Source: an uncultured Gammaproteobacteria bacterium (GTDB lineage: Bacteria > Patescibacteriota > Patescibacteriia > CAZSQN01). Taken from it: a stretch of DNA of 64,000 nt. Of the stretch, positions 9,167 through 18,097 are shown piece after piece. The DNA is taken from positions 12,633-76,632 of the forward strand of contig CAZSQN010000002.1 in assembly GCA_964609095.1 (NCBI GenBank), given 5' to 3'. The notes beneath the pieces are model-generated. The model saw only the letters and a program-made list of their open reading frames with translations. It was not told where the DNA came from and did not search any database. How positions within the stretch are numbered: position 1 is the stretch's first letter; the number at the start of each line of letters is the position of its first letter. Position numbers and translations under genes: made by a program.

Positions 9167-10205
9167 TAATTGACAAGGCGGCTAAAAAAATAACGGCTAA
9201 TAAAATAATGACAATCATCTTCCATCCGGTTCCCAAAAACCAGCTTGCGCCGCCAAAACCGGCCGCGAATAAATAATAAAACATTACCGCTTGGCGCTCC
9301 GACAAGCCGGCGTCAATCAGGCGAAAATGCAAATGTTCTCTTCCGCTTTCGGTTATTTTTTTTCCGCTTCTCCATCTTTTTATAATAACGGTCGCCACAT
9401 CAAGCACGGGCACGCCCATAACCAAAAGCGTGGTGGCGACTTTGGTGCCGGCGGCAATGGCCAGAGAGCCGATTAAAAACCCGGCGATAGTGCTTCCCCC
9501 CTCGCCCAAAAAAATGCGCGCCGGATGAAAATTCCAAAACAAAAATCCGGTAAAAACCGCGGCTAAAATCCCCGCGAGCATCGCCGTCTGCGGCTGGTTA
9601 AGCTCCGGCCGCAGAGCTATTGCCGCTATAAAAATAGCGGCAACGGCGGCTATGCCGGCAGAAAGCCCGTCCAAGCCGTCAAGAAGTTTTGTCGTGTAAA
9701 TCATTCCCAAAAGCCACAAAAATGAAAGGACATCGGCTGGCAACAAAAAATTCCAAATTCCAAATCCTAAATTCCAAATTCCAAGGTTTATGACTCCGCC
9801 AAACGGATTCTTAATTTCCGTAAAATGTATTCCACCGGCCACCGCAAGGCCGGCTGCCAAAATCGGAAAAATAATTTGTATTTTTGGCCGCAGATTAAAC
9901 TTGTCGTCTAAAATTCCGCCGGCAATTAAAATCGCGCCTCCGGCGGCAAGAGCCAAAAATTGTTTTAAATGAATATAACCGCTTGGGATAAATCCTTTGT
10001 AGAAAAGATAGGCCGCGATTCCGAAAAAAGATAAATAAATCGCCAAGCCGCCCAAGAGCGGTATTGCCCTTTCGTGTTTTTTCCTGCCGCCAAAATCAGG
10101 CGCGTCAACAAAACGCGCCCGAAGCGCCGCCTGCCTTATAAGCCCCGTCGCCCACAAGGAAAGTAAAACGGAAATTAAAAGTAAAAAAATTATATTTGAA
10201 CTCAT
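9138..10205 (-). CDS. glycosyltransferase family 4, MraY/WecA-type polyprenol-phosphate sugar-1-phosphate transferase
   Basis: start at the internal ATG giving MSSNIIF; VDAPDFGGRKKHERAIPLLGG, ILDD and LDGLDGLSAG motifs; contains an in-frame (ATTCCAA)5 heptamer repeat at 9746-9785 encoding IWNLGFGIWNF. Confidence 0.7.
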   Translation of the reverse strand: MSSNIIFLLLISVLLSLWATGLIRQAALRARFVDAPDFGGRKKHERAIPLLGGLAIYLSFFGIAAYLFYKGFIPSGYIHLKQFLALAAGGAILIAGGILDDKFNLRPKIQIIFPILAAGLAVAGGIHFTEIKNPFGGVINLGIWNLGFGIWNFLLPADVLSFLWLLGMIYTTKLLDGLDGLSAGIAAVAAIFIAAIALRPELNQPQTAMLAGILAAVFTGFLFWNFHPARIFLGEGGSTIAGFLIGSLAIAAGTKVATTLLVMGVPVLDVATVIIKRWRSGKKITESGREHLHFRLIDAGLSERQAVMFYYLFAAGFGGASWFLGTGWKMIVIILLAVIFLAALSIIEKRIKSRT

Positions 10206-10220
10206 ACAAGATTTCCACAA

Positions 10221-10313
10221 ATGTCTGTCATCCCCGCGCAAGCGGGGATCCAGCGGGAGATTGGCCCAAATATTTAACGACTGGATTCCCGTTTTCACGG
10301 GAATGACAGTCAC
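10221..10313 (-). promoter_or_regulatory. structured palindromic 5' leader/REP-like element upstream of the MraY-like gene
   Basis: on the minus strand: CUGUCAUUCCCG-ugaaaa-CGGGAAUCCAG ... CUGGAUCCCCGC-uugc-GCGGGGAUGACAG; two hairpins whose flanks (CUGUCAU/AUGACAG and AUCCAG/CUGGAU) can pair to form a 4-way junction. Confidence 0.4.
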
Positions 10314-10433
10314 GCTGTAAGTTTGTCATTTTGGCTTAATATTAAAGATAATTAAGTAAAAATTATAAATAAGTTATTTGACATAGTTTAGGCCGGCGGC
10401 TACTATGAAAACGCTCGTGCGGCGAAAGGAGAG

Positions 10434-10763
10434 ATGATGGTTTATTTGGTATTGACGCTTGTTTCGTTGGGCGCGGCTCTTGGTCTTTTTTTGGCAATTG
10501 CCGTTGCCGGCTATTATCTGCGGCGCGAACCGTGCAAACCGCCGGAGTACCACAAATCATTTGGCTGGCTCTATACCCTCGCGGGAACGGCGCTCACCGC
10601 AAGCATCGGCGCGAACTTCAAACTTCACGCTCTTGCCAGAACAGCTCGCCCGTTCTCTCCGGACTGGACAGTGGTGGCTTTAATTGTCGTTGCCGCGCTT
10701 CTCGCCTTGTACCATTTTCGCAAAGCGGCCCGGCTTGCGCCAAGACGCAAGCCAATGGCTTAA
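10434..10763 (+). CDS. small membrane protein (2-3 TM), paralog family A
   Basis: 109 aa hydrophobic; shares P-EH(K)-GWL-G-TA-LLA-F pattern with the adjacent 10814..11113. Confidence 0.5.
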   Translation: MMVYLVLTLVSLGAALGLFLAIAVAGYYLRREPCKPPEYHKSFGWLYTLAGTALTASIGANFKLHALARTARPFSPDWTVVALIVVAALLALYHFRKAARLAPRRKPMA

Positions 10764-10813
10764 TTGTAATTATGATTAAGCCGTAAAGCAACTCTCGGAG
10801 AAAAGAGGCGCGG

Positions 10814-11113
10814 ATGGTTTTAACAGTATTGGTCATTCTCACTTTTGTTGCTCTCGCGGTTCTTTTACTCGCCGTTATGGTCTTGATGTTTAAGTACGGC
10901 AATTATCCATGGTCGCCCAAAGAGCACAAAAGAGTCGGCTGGCTCTGGATTGCCATTGGCGCCTGCGTCACCGCGCAAAATGTGATTGCCGCCTTGCTTG
11001 GAGTGTCTCTGCGATTGGTGCCGTTTCTGCTTGTGGCCGGAATCGCTCTCCTTGCATGGCTCCAATTCCGAAGAGCCAACAAGCTCATGCGGCCGTTAAA
11101 TAAAAATGAATAA
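10814..11113 (+). CDS. small membrane protein, tandem paralog of 10434..10763
   Basis: 99 aa; same architecture and conserved WSPKEHKRVGWLW block. Confidence 0.5.
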   Translation: MVLTVLVILTFVALAVLLLAVMVLMFKYGNYPWSPKEHKRVGWLWIAIGACVTAQNVIAALLGVSLRLVPFLLVAGIALLAWLQFRRANKLMRPLNKNE

Positions 11114-11117
11114 AAAA

Positions 11118-11147
11118 ATCCCTCGAGTTTCCTCGAGGGTTATTTTT
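11118..11147. terminator. bidirectional terminator ATCCCTCGAG-tttc-CTCGAGGGTT + T run
   Basis: perfect 8-bp stem flanked by A-run and T-run between convergent genes. Confidence 0.65.
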
Positions 11148-11868
11148 ATCTCGTCCCTACACGGGTTGCGGAAAGAGTGTAGCTGCCGCCTTCCTCTCCT
11201 CTCTCCGATATATTCATACACCGCAAGGTGTATGTTCCCGCGGAAAAGAAACGATAACGAATCGTGGCATTGCCAGACCAATCGTACAAATCGTGGTTTT
11301 GGAAAACATTGCCTTGCGCATCAGCAAGAACTAAACCGGAATAAAAGTTGCCGCTCTTAATCTTCAGCCGAAAGATAACATCATCTCCGGCTCTGGCGAA
11401 AAACTTCCAATCTTGGCTTAGCGGACCAGTACTTCTATTACTAACAGTTCCGCTCACGACCTTGTTCATTCCGAGCACTCGTTCATCAGTACCGTTCGCG
11501 CAGACCGGACAGGCGGAACACGCCCGCGCCGGAGCTGGCGCTGGCGCGTTGGTATCAAGCGCAACTCGCGAATGAAGATCGCGGGCAACTTCTTGCGCAA
11601 ACTCGCGGCGATATTGGCCGGCAACTCGCGACACGCGCCAAACAACTTTCCTAGAAATATCCTCAATCTGGTTCTCGTCCAGCGCTGAATTGTTTGACAT
11701 CACTCCGATAACCGTTGCCGGAATTATGCCAATCAGCAGATAGACGGCCACTCGCGGCCACTTGCGCAGCGCCGAGAATCGCCACATGAGCTTGTCGTTC
11801 TGCTCTCGCAGTTTCTCGTTCTCCGCCAAAAGCTTGGCAACTTCGTCGTTTCTGTACGGTGCGTCCAT
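11146..11868 (-). CDS. membrane-anchored protein with N-terminal coiled coil and C-terminal pre-peptidase C-terminal (PPC)-like beta domain, paralog B1
   Basis: N-terminal 23 aa MDAPYRNDEVAKLLAENEKLREQ identical to 11923..12666; one TM; C-terminal DDVIFRL...GTYTLRC...GSYTLSA pattern typical of PPC domains. Confidence 0.6.
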   Translation of the reverse strand: MDAPYRNDEVAKLLAENEKLREQNDKLMWRFSALRKWPRVAVYLLIGIIPATVIGVMSNNSALDENQIEDISRKVVWRVSRVAGQYRREFAQEVARDLHSRVALDTNAPAPAPARACSACPVCANGTDERVLGMNKVVSGTVSNRSTGPLSQDWKFFARAGDDVIFRLKIKSGNFYSGLVLADAQGNVFQNHDLYDWSGNATIRYRFFSAGTYTLRCMNISERGEEGGSYTLSATRVGTR

Positions 11869-11922
11869 CTCTTTCCTCCTCGCCCTGAACGAAGTTGAAG
11901 GGCTTGTTGCCGGGTTTATTGA

Positions 11923-12666
11923 TTATGGGAGTCTCGCGGAAAGCGTGTAATTACCTGACCAAACATCTGTCCAAATATTTTTTGGACCGTAAATACCGCA
12001 CCTCGCAGCAATCAAATATTGTCCGGTGGAGGTAAATGCATAGATAAGCGTGGCGTTGGTGCCAGATCCCGAATTCTCGTCCTCGGCGACCCGCCTTCCA
12101 TCTGGGGCATACAATTGAATAAAAGGATCAAGATTCACATCGGTGGACTTCATTCTAAAAACAACACGGTCGCCGACTCGGGCGTTAAACCGCCACCAAC
12201 CCCTTTCGGGATCAATTGTGGCTTGTTGGCGATAACCTTTTCTGGAATGAATTTGGCCGCGAACAACTTGTCCGAGGCGCAATTCGTCTTGCGCTTGCCT
12301 GTTTTGGCCGGCTGGCTGTTTGGCAACGGTTCTTGCCTGGCGCCGTTCCAATTCCGCGCTTACGGCAAATTGGATATCTTCCCGCAGAGTTGCTGAAATT
12401 CGGCGCGAAACGCGGTCAGAAGTTTGCGCAACAATAACAGCGCGGTCTTGATGTGTAAGCGTCTGAATCGCCTCTTGCCGCGCTGTCTTGTTTCCCGCTT
12501 CAAAAGCCGAGATACACAGAATCGCGCCAACAAGAAACAAAGCAACGCCAATCGGCCACTTCTTAACCAGAGCATAACGAGACATTATTCCATCATACTG
12601 CTCTCGCAGTTTCTCGTTCTCCGCCAAAAGCTTGGCAACCTCATCGTTTCTGTACGGTGCGTCCAT
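11923..12666 (-). CDS. membrane-anchored coiled-coil/PPC-like domain protein, paralog B2
   Basis: identical N-terminus to 11146..11868, with about 65 bp of near-identical DNA at 12604-12668 vs 11805-11870; C-terminal GDRVVFRM...GQYLIAARC...GNYTLSA. Confidence 0.6.
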   Translation of the reverse strand: MDAPYRNDEVAKLLAENEKLREQYDGIMSRYALVKKWPIGVALFLVGAILCISAFEAGNKTARQEAIQTLTHQDRAVIVAQTSDRVSRRISATLREDIQFAVSAELERRQARTVAKQPAGQNRQAQDELRLGQVVRGQIHSRKGYRQQATIDPERGWWRFNARVGDRVVFRMKSTDVNLDPFIQLYAPDGRRVAEDENSGSGTNATLIYAFTSTGQYLIAARCGIYGPKNIWTDVWSGNYTLSARLP

Positions 12667-12679
12667 CTCTTGCCTCCTT

Positions 12680-12892
12680 TCAGTTGCCCTTGTCGGTTGG
12701 ATTTCGTCCTTCGCAGTTGTCGCCTTTAGCGCGCATCTTTCCGGTTAGAACGCGCTGGTCCAAAAACATGGCCACTTCCGGCACGAACTTGACGCAAGTC
12801 CATTCACCATTGCCCACAGAGAGATAACGGCAGGTCTCTTTGCCATGACCGGCTTTGCAAACCTCTTCCAGATGCTTTTTGGGAATACCCAT
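12680..12892 (-). CDS. small four-cysteine protein of unknown function, first gene of the paralog operon
   Basis: 70 aa; Cys at 12, 21, 33, 60; preceded by the GTTCTTTGAAAGGAG leader motif; 13 bp upstream of 11923..12666. Confidence 0.45.
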   Translation of the reverse strand: MGIPKKHLEEVCKAGHGKETCRYLSVGNGEWTCVKFVPEVAMFLDQRVLTGKMRAKGDNCEGRNPTDKGN

Positions 12893-12960
12893 TAGTTTTT
12901 TCTCCTTTCAAAGAACGCCGCTACCGTACCAAAAACGGACGCGAGTGTCAAGGTTGGTTA

Positions 12961-13030
12961 AGCGTTTAGCGGTTAGCGTATAGCGTTTAGTTTTTACCCT
13001 AAACCCTAAATGCTAAACCCTATACCCTGC
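12961..13030. repeat. telomere-like intergenic element: (AGCGTTTAGCG)-type block then TTTTTACCCTAAACCCTAAATGCTAAACCCTATACCCTGC
   Basis: CCCTAAA heptamer units; same family as 4089-4152, 47716-47803, 60833-60907. Confidence 0.5.
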
Positions 13031-13033
13031 AAT

Positions 13034-15733
13034 CTACAATTGTTCGGCTTTTTCTATTCTGATATTTCCTCCAGCCTCCAGTATCACCGTATCTCTCCGG
13101 CCGATTTTATTTTGGAGCAAAAAGTTAGCCAGCGCGTCCTGCACCTTCTCCTGAATTACGCGGCGGAGCGGCCGGGCTCCGAAAACCGGGTCAAAACCGG
13201 CTTGCGCCAACTCAACCAATGCCTCGTCAGTCACTTTAAGCGCCACGCCCTTTTGCTCAAGCTGTTTTGCCACCGCCTTTAACATCAGCCCCGCCACTTG
13301 CCTGATTTCATCCTCGGAAAGCGGGGTAAAGACGATGACGCCGTCAAAACGATTTAAAAATTCGGGCCTGAAATAATTTCGCAACTCCTGATTAATAAGC
13401 AGATTTTTAATCTGCTCCACCGCTGTTCCTTTTTTAATTTCATCTTGGATTACATCCGTTCCGGCGTTACTTGTGGCAATCAAAATCACATTGGTAAAAT
13501 CAACAGTCCTGCCGATATTATCCGTGAGCCGCCCGTCATCCATTACCTGCAAAAAAACATTCAAAATGTCAGGATGCGCCTTTTCAATTTCATCCAAAAG
13601 CAAAAGCGTGAACGGCTGGCCTCTTACCGCTTCCGTTAAAAGCCCGCCTGATGAGCCGCCGGGCTCGCCAATCATCCGATATAAAGATGACTGGTCTTGA
13701 TATTCGCTCATATCCAGCCGAATCATATTTTCTTCATTTCCAAAATAAACTTCCGCCACGGTTTTGGCTGTTTCCGTTTTCCCGACTCCGGTCGGGCCCA
13801 AAAAAAGAAAATTGGCAATGGGACGGCTGCCGGCGCGTAGCCCTGCCCGCGCCCGGCGAATGGCGGCGGCAACCGCTTTGACGGCTTCTTTTTGCCCCAC
13901 CACGCGGCTCGCCATTCTCTCTTCCAAATTCAGCAATTTTTCTTTTTCCTCTTCGCCGACTTTCGTCACCGGCACATGGCTTTTTTCGGAGATAATTTCC
14001 GCCACATCCTCGCCGCCGACTACTGCTCCGGCTCCGCGTTTGCCGGCAACGGCATGAGACGCCTCGCGCAAAATCTCAATGGCTTTTTCCGGCAAAAATC
14101 TGTCAACCAGATATTTATCCGAAAGCGAAGCGGCCTTTTCTACGGCGTCATAAGAGAAAAAGACCTTATTTTGATATTCGTACAATCCGGCTTTTGATTC
14201 CAAAATCTGAATAGTGTCGTCCAGATCCGACTCCGGCACTTCCACTTTCTCCAGCGCGTGCCCCAACGAGGTTTTTGCCAAGAGTTTGTAATCATCCGGG
14301 TTGGTGGAGCCAAGAGCGAAAAAATAATGTTTCCCCAGTTCGGTGGCCAACGTTTGCGCCAGATCCAGTCCGCCGGAGGCGGAGACAAGCTCATGGATAT
14401 TCGGGATGTAAAGAATCACATTTTTAGCGCGGGAAATTTCAAAGAAAATATGATAAAGCCGCTCGGCCGCCGCTTCCGCGCTTGCTCCGGCCAAAATTCT
14501 GGGCGCGGAAAGAGAAACCAGCCGTTTGTCTGACAATATCTTGGGCACGTCTTCTTCAACCATCCGCTCCGCAATGCCTTCTATAATGGCGTCCTTGCCC
14601 ACCCCTCTCTCTCCAACCAAAACAACGCTCGCGAGCCCGCCTTCCATAGCGCGGAAAATCGCCTGAATTTCTTTTTCCCTGCCGACAACCGGAGACAGGC
14701 GGCCATAACGGGCGGCAAGCGTCAAGTCCTGGCCAAACTGGTCAAGGTAAGGCGTGGCTACGGCCGTCATAGCGCGGCCGGCTTCGTGCGTCGGACGGCG
14801 CCGGGCAATTGCCCGTCCGGTGCGATAACGCGAGAGTATCTGGTTATTTATATCGTGCCAGGCGATAACATTGGCTATTTTCCGTTTATCAATTTCCAAA
14901 TCATAGAGAATTTCCTTTACCTTGCCCTCCGGTTCGGAAATCGCCAAAAGCAAAGCCGTTGGGTCAACAAATTTTTTCTTTTTTTCGTACGAATGGCCGT
15001 AAGCCAATGCCAACGCCTCTATTGCTTCGCCGGCAAAACGCGGCTCGCCGCTTCCGGCCGCTTCTCCAGAAAACGCTCCGCTTACTTTCTCGCGCAAAAT
15101 CTCGCCCCGTATTCCCAACCGCCCGAAAATTATTGCAATTTCATCCTGAGTCAAAAGGCCGGCAAAAATATGAATCAGGCCGACTTCATTCGCGCGCCGG
15201 CCGGCCGCGATTTTATAAGCAAAACGGAGCGCGTTTATGGCCGACGGCGTATATGACTTGGATACGTCAATCCAATTACTCCGCGGAATTTTCTCCGCTT
15301 CTTCCCAAGCAACTTTCCGCGTTTCTAACGGCTCCTCTTCAAAAGGTTTGCGCGCTACCGGAATTGTAAGCTCGCTCTCCCGCATTATTCTGTAAACAAG
15401 ATAAAAATCGCTCCAAACGGAAAGCCAAAAAACAAGAAGAAGCGCATCCGGCCTTCTCCAAAAAACGGAAGTCAAAATCGCGTCAAATCCGTAAATATAT
15501 CCCAGATAAACGATAATGCCGGCTCCAACAATGCCGAAAATTAACAGCGAAAAATTCAAAATCGCGTTGCCGACGGCAAAAGCGCGGGCAAGCGTGTTGG
15601 TTTTATTGTCAATCCTCTTACCCCAATAAAGCGCCTTATCGCCCAAAACAATGGCCTGTTCCGTTCCGTGGCAGCTGGCGCAATCCTTGCCGCCGCCGCG
15701 CGAGCCGCAAATTGGACAATTTATATCTGGCAT
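13034..15733 (-). CDS. membrane-anchored ClpA/ClpC-family double-AAA+ ATPase with N-terminal zinc ribbon and degenerate D1
   Basis: 899 aa; N-terminal CPICGS...CASCHG; 3-4 hydrophobic helices; Clp_N-like repeat; D1 Walker A GERGVGKD (T to D) and Walker B ILYIPNIHE (DE to PN); D2 intact, FLFLGPTGVGKTE and LLLDEIEKAHPD. Confidence 0.8.
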   Translation of the reverse strand: MPDINCPICGSRGGGKDCASCHGTEQAIVLGDKALYWGKRIDNKTNTLARAFAVGNAILNFSLLIFGIVGAGIIVYLGYIYGFDAILTSVFWRRPDALLLVFWLSVWSDFYLVYRIMRESELTIPVARKPFEEEPLETRKVAWEEAEKIPRSNWIDVSKSYTPSAINALRFAYKIAAGRRANEVGLIHIFAGLLTQDEIAIIFGRLGIRGEILREKVSGAFSGEAAGSGEPRFAGEAIEALALAYGHSYEKKKKFVDPTALLLAISEPEGKVKEILYDLEIDKRKIANVIAWHDINNQILSRYRTGRAIARRRPTHEAGRAMTAVATPYLDQFGQDLTLAARYGRLSPVVGREKEIQAIFRAMEGGLASVVLVGERGVGKDAIIEGIAERMVEEDVPKILSDKRLVSLSAPRILAGASAEAAAERLYHIFFEISRAKNVILYIPNIHELVSASGGLDLAQTLATELGKHYFFALGSTNPDDYKLLAKTSLGHALEKVEVPESDLDDTIQILESKAGLYEYQNKVFFSYDAVEKAASLSDKYLVDRFLPEKAIEILREASHAVAGKRGAGAVVGGEDVAEIISEKSHVPVTKVGEEEKEKLLNLEERMASRVVGQKEAVKAVAAAIRRARAGLRAGSRPIANFLFLGPTGVGKTETAKTVAEVYFGNEENMIRLDMSEYQDQSSLYRMIGEPGGSSGGLLTEAVRGQPFTLLLLDEIEKAHPDILNVFLQVMDDGRLTDNIGRTVDFTNVILIATSNAGTDVIQDEIKKGTAVEQIKNLLINQELRNYFRPEFLNRFDGVIVFTPLSEDEIRQVAGLMLKAVAKQLEQKGVALKVTDEALVELAQAGFDPVFGARPLRRVIQEKVQDALANFLLQNKIGRRDTVILEAGGNIRIEKAEQL

Positions 15734-15736
15734 AAT

Positions 15737-16117
15737 TCAGCTCAAATTAAACAAAGCGGTAAATTGATAAAAGATTTCCCCCAAAACAAAGATGGGCGCG
15801 GACACCCAAAGCAGGTAAACGGCAACCTCCCAAACGGCCCAAAACGCCAAAGCAATAACGCGCGCCAAAATCTGTATCAGGCGCATAAAAAAGCTGATCA
15901 GCCGCCCGCTGATATCCCTGACGCCGAACATGGGAACAAAAAGATTTTTAACCCAGATGCGCACGCCGAGATTGGCCGCGCGGTTGCGCAAGCGCCTGAT
16001 AAAATTTTTGGAAAAACGAACCAGCCCTTTGGAATACCACCAAAAGGGAAAATAAAGAATATCGCCTAAAGTATTTAGAAAAATTGTTTGGCTTATTAAG
16101 CCGACGGCTGAACGCAT
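15737..16117 (-). CDS. hypothetical small membrane protein
   Basis: hydrophobic ORF 4 bp downstream of the Clp gene; the ORF-track N-terminus (MRRFFRFF) is a translation of the ftsL terminator T-run, so the start is moved to the internal ATG at 16115-16117; no obvious SD. Confidence 0.35.
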   Translation of the reverse strand: MRSAVGLISQTIFLNTLGDILYFPFWWYSKGLVRFSKNFIRRLRNRAANLGVRIWVKNLFVPMFGVRDISGRLISFFMRLIQILARVIALAFWAVWEVAVYLLWVSAPIFVLGEIFYQFTALFNLS

Positions 16118-16172
16118 AAGACCTATAGGACTAATTATCCCTATAGATTCTATCTTACCAAAAAAACGAAAA

Positions 16173-16205
16173 AACCGCCTCAAGCACGGTTCGGCGGTTT
16201 TGTCG
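16173..16205 (-). terminator. rho-independent terminator after ftsL (AACCGCC...GGCGGTT stem, T-rich tail on minus strand)
   Basis: 7-bp GC stem with TTTTTTCGTTTTTTT on the minus strand, immediately 3' of 16210..16572. Confidence 0.55.
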
Positions 16206-16209
16206 CAAA

Positions 16210-16572
16210 CTATTTTAACGCAACCGGACCTCCGCCGGGCTCCACATACTCCACTCGCCCGATCGGCACAAGGCCGATCCGGCGCGCCTCCTCCTCGAGA
16301 CGCGCTATGGATTCCCTGTTCGCGAGTTCCGATTCCGCTTTTTTGTTTTGCAAAAGAAGTTCTTCAATGTGGACGCGTTCGTCGCGCAGCTTGAAATTGG
16401 CCGCCGCCACCACATTGCTTAAAACAATATAACCGGCGCTCAAAGCCAAAATTACCGCTCCTAAAATAAGGAAACGGCTGTCAACGCGCAAAACGCTCCA
16501 AACAGACGTTCGCCGCCGGCTGGCGGCGCCCGCAAACAGCGAGTAATGGGTGGCGGATAAGTAACGGCTCAT
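16210..16572 (-). CDS. ftsL: FtsL-like cell division protein (septum formation initiator family)
   Basis: 120 aa; single TM followed by a coiled coil; directly downstream of rsmH with a 4-bp overlap, as in dcw clusters. Confidence 0.55.
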   Translation of the reverse strand: MSRYLSATHYSLFAGAASRRRTSVWSVLRVDSRFLILGAVILALSAGYIVLSNVVAAANFKLRDERVHIEELLLQNKKAESELANRESIARLEEEARRIGLVPIGRVEYVEPGGGPVALK

Positions 16573-17495
16573 TTTATTTTTTGAAATACCCTTAATTTCG
16601 CGCTTCTCGCGGCCGGATTTTTTTCTATTTCCTCCAAATCGGGAATCAAGGGCTTTTTTGTTAAAATTTTAATATCGTTTCCCTGCGCCTTTAGAAATCT
16701 CTTTACAATTCTGTCTTCAAGCGAATGAAACGAGATAATCGCGCCTCTTCCGCCCGCCTTAAGCAACCTCTTGATTTGTGGAAGCGCGCCGCGCAAATGC
16801 TCCAGCTCGTCATTGGTTCTTATTCTTAAGGCCTGAAAAATCCGCGTGGCTGGGTGCAATCCGCCGATCCATGGGATTTCTTTTTTACTCTTTAATTTCA
16901 TCCTGTACGCGGAAAGAATAATTTCCGAAAGCTGATTTGTCCTGACGATAGGATTCTTTTTCCGTTCAGAAATTATTCCCTCCGCGATTTCATTTGCCAG
17001 CGGCTCCTCGCCAAATGAACGAAAAACAGCTATAAGCTCGTTTTTACTTGATTGGTTGACAATATGGCTGGCGGTTGCCGGATTCTCCGGATCAAAGCGC
17101 ATATCCAAGGGCTCATCGCGCTTAAAACTGAAGCCCCGCCCGCTGCTTTCAAGTTCCGCGGTGCGAAGGCCAAGGTCAAGAAGTATCAAATCGGGAGTTG
17201 GGAAACCAACCCGTGCCGCAATCTCCTCCATCGCGCTAAAATTCCCTTGCGCCAATATTGCCCGCTTTTCAAATCTTCTTAATCTTTCTTTTGCCGTTTC
17301 TAACGCCTTTGGATCAAGGTCAATTCCCAAAAGTTTTCCCTTTGGACCGATTGCTTCTAAAATCGCTTCGCCGTGGCCCCCGTCGCCGATTGTGCCGTCA
17401 ATGGCATTTTCATTTTTTTGCGGATTCAAAAGAGCCAACGCTTCCTCCTTCAAAACTGGCACATGGTATTTCATACATTTCATGTAATCAGGCAC
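16569..17495 (-). CDS. rsmH: 16S rRNA (cytosine1402-N4)-methyltransferase
   Basis: 308 aa; MKYHVPVLKEEAL N-terminus and DGTIGDGGH SAM-binding block typical of RsmH/MraW. Confidence 0.9.
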   Translation of the reverse strand: MPDYMKCMKYHVPVLKEEALALLNPQKNENAIDGTIGDGGHGEAILEAIGPKGKLLGIDLDPKALETAKERLRRFEKRAILAQGNFSAMEEIAARVGFPTPDLILLDLGLRTAELESSGRGFSFKRDEPLDMRFDPENPATASHIVNQSSKNELIAVFRSFGEEPLANEIAEGIISERKKNPIVRTNQLSEIILSAYRMKLKSKKEIPWIGGLHPATRIFQALRIRTNDELEHLRGALPQIKRLLKAGGRGAIISFHSLEDRIVKRFLKAQGNDIKILTKKPLIPDLEEIEKNPAARSAKLRVFQKIK

Positions 17496-17519
17496 GGTAA
17501 TAAAATTTTTCGCAGGCCG

Positions 17520-17957
17520 CTATACCCCCAATTCTCCTAATTGTTCCGCAATATCGCTGCTGCCCCGTTCCGCCGATTGCTTGTAAGAATCCCATTCTCC
17601 CTTGTCCCAAAGCTCCAAACGGCTGCCCACGCCCGCCACCACCACATTTTTTTTAATTCCCGCATATTCGCGCAGATATTCAGGCACCATTATCCTGCCC
17701 TGTTTGTCCGGTTCCGCGTTCATTGCTCCCGCGAGCATCAACCGGGCAAAAGCGCGCGAATTGGCGGCTGCCATGGGCAGAGCGGAAATCCTGGCTGACA
17801 ATCTCTCCCATTCTTCTTTTGCGTAAAGAAATAAGCACTTATCCAAACCGCGAGTCACAACGCCGCCTTCTTTTAAGGCAGAACGAAATCGGGCCGGCAC
17901 AGAAATCCGCCCCTTTTCATCCAGGGAATGGTTGTATTCGCCGATAAACATATCCAC
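17520..17957 (-). CDS. mraZ: transcriptional regulator MraZ
   Basis: 145 aa; duplicated MraZ domains, MFIGEYNHSLDEKGRISVPARFR; upstream of rsmH. Confidence 0.9.
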   Translation of the reverse strand: MDMFIGEYNHSLDEKGRISVPARFRSALKEGGVVTRGLDKCLFLYAKEEWERLSARISALPMAAANSRAFARLMLAGAMNAEPDKQGRIMVPEYLREYAGIKKNVVVAGVGSRLELWDKGEWDSYKQSAERGSSDIAEQLGELGV

Positions 17958-18097
17958 AGCTTATCCCACTTCATACCACTATGTCTATATTCTATACCAT
18001 TTTTTACCACTTTTCAAGCATGGTTATCCCCATTTAAACAAAAAAGAAGCGGTTTTATCCGCCTCAAAATTTAGATACCTTACTCCCTTTTCACCTT

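Noticed and set aside
16118-16183. N-terminus MRRFFRFFGKIE of ORF 15737..16183 (TTG start)
   Set aside because: It is encoded by the T-run of the ftsL rho-independent terminator. The start was moved to the internal ATG, and the gene is kept at low confidence.
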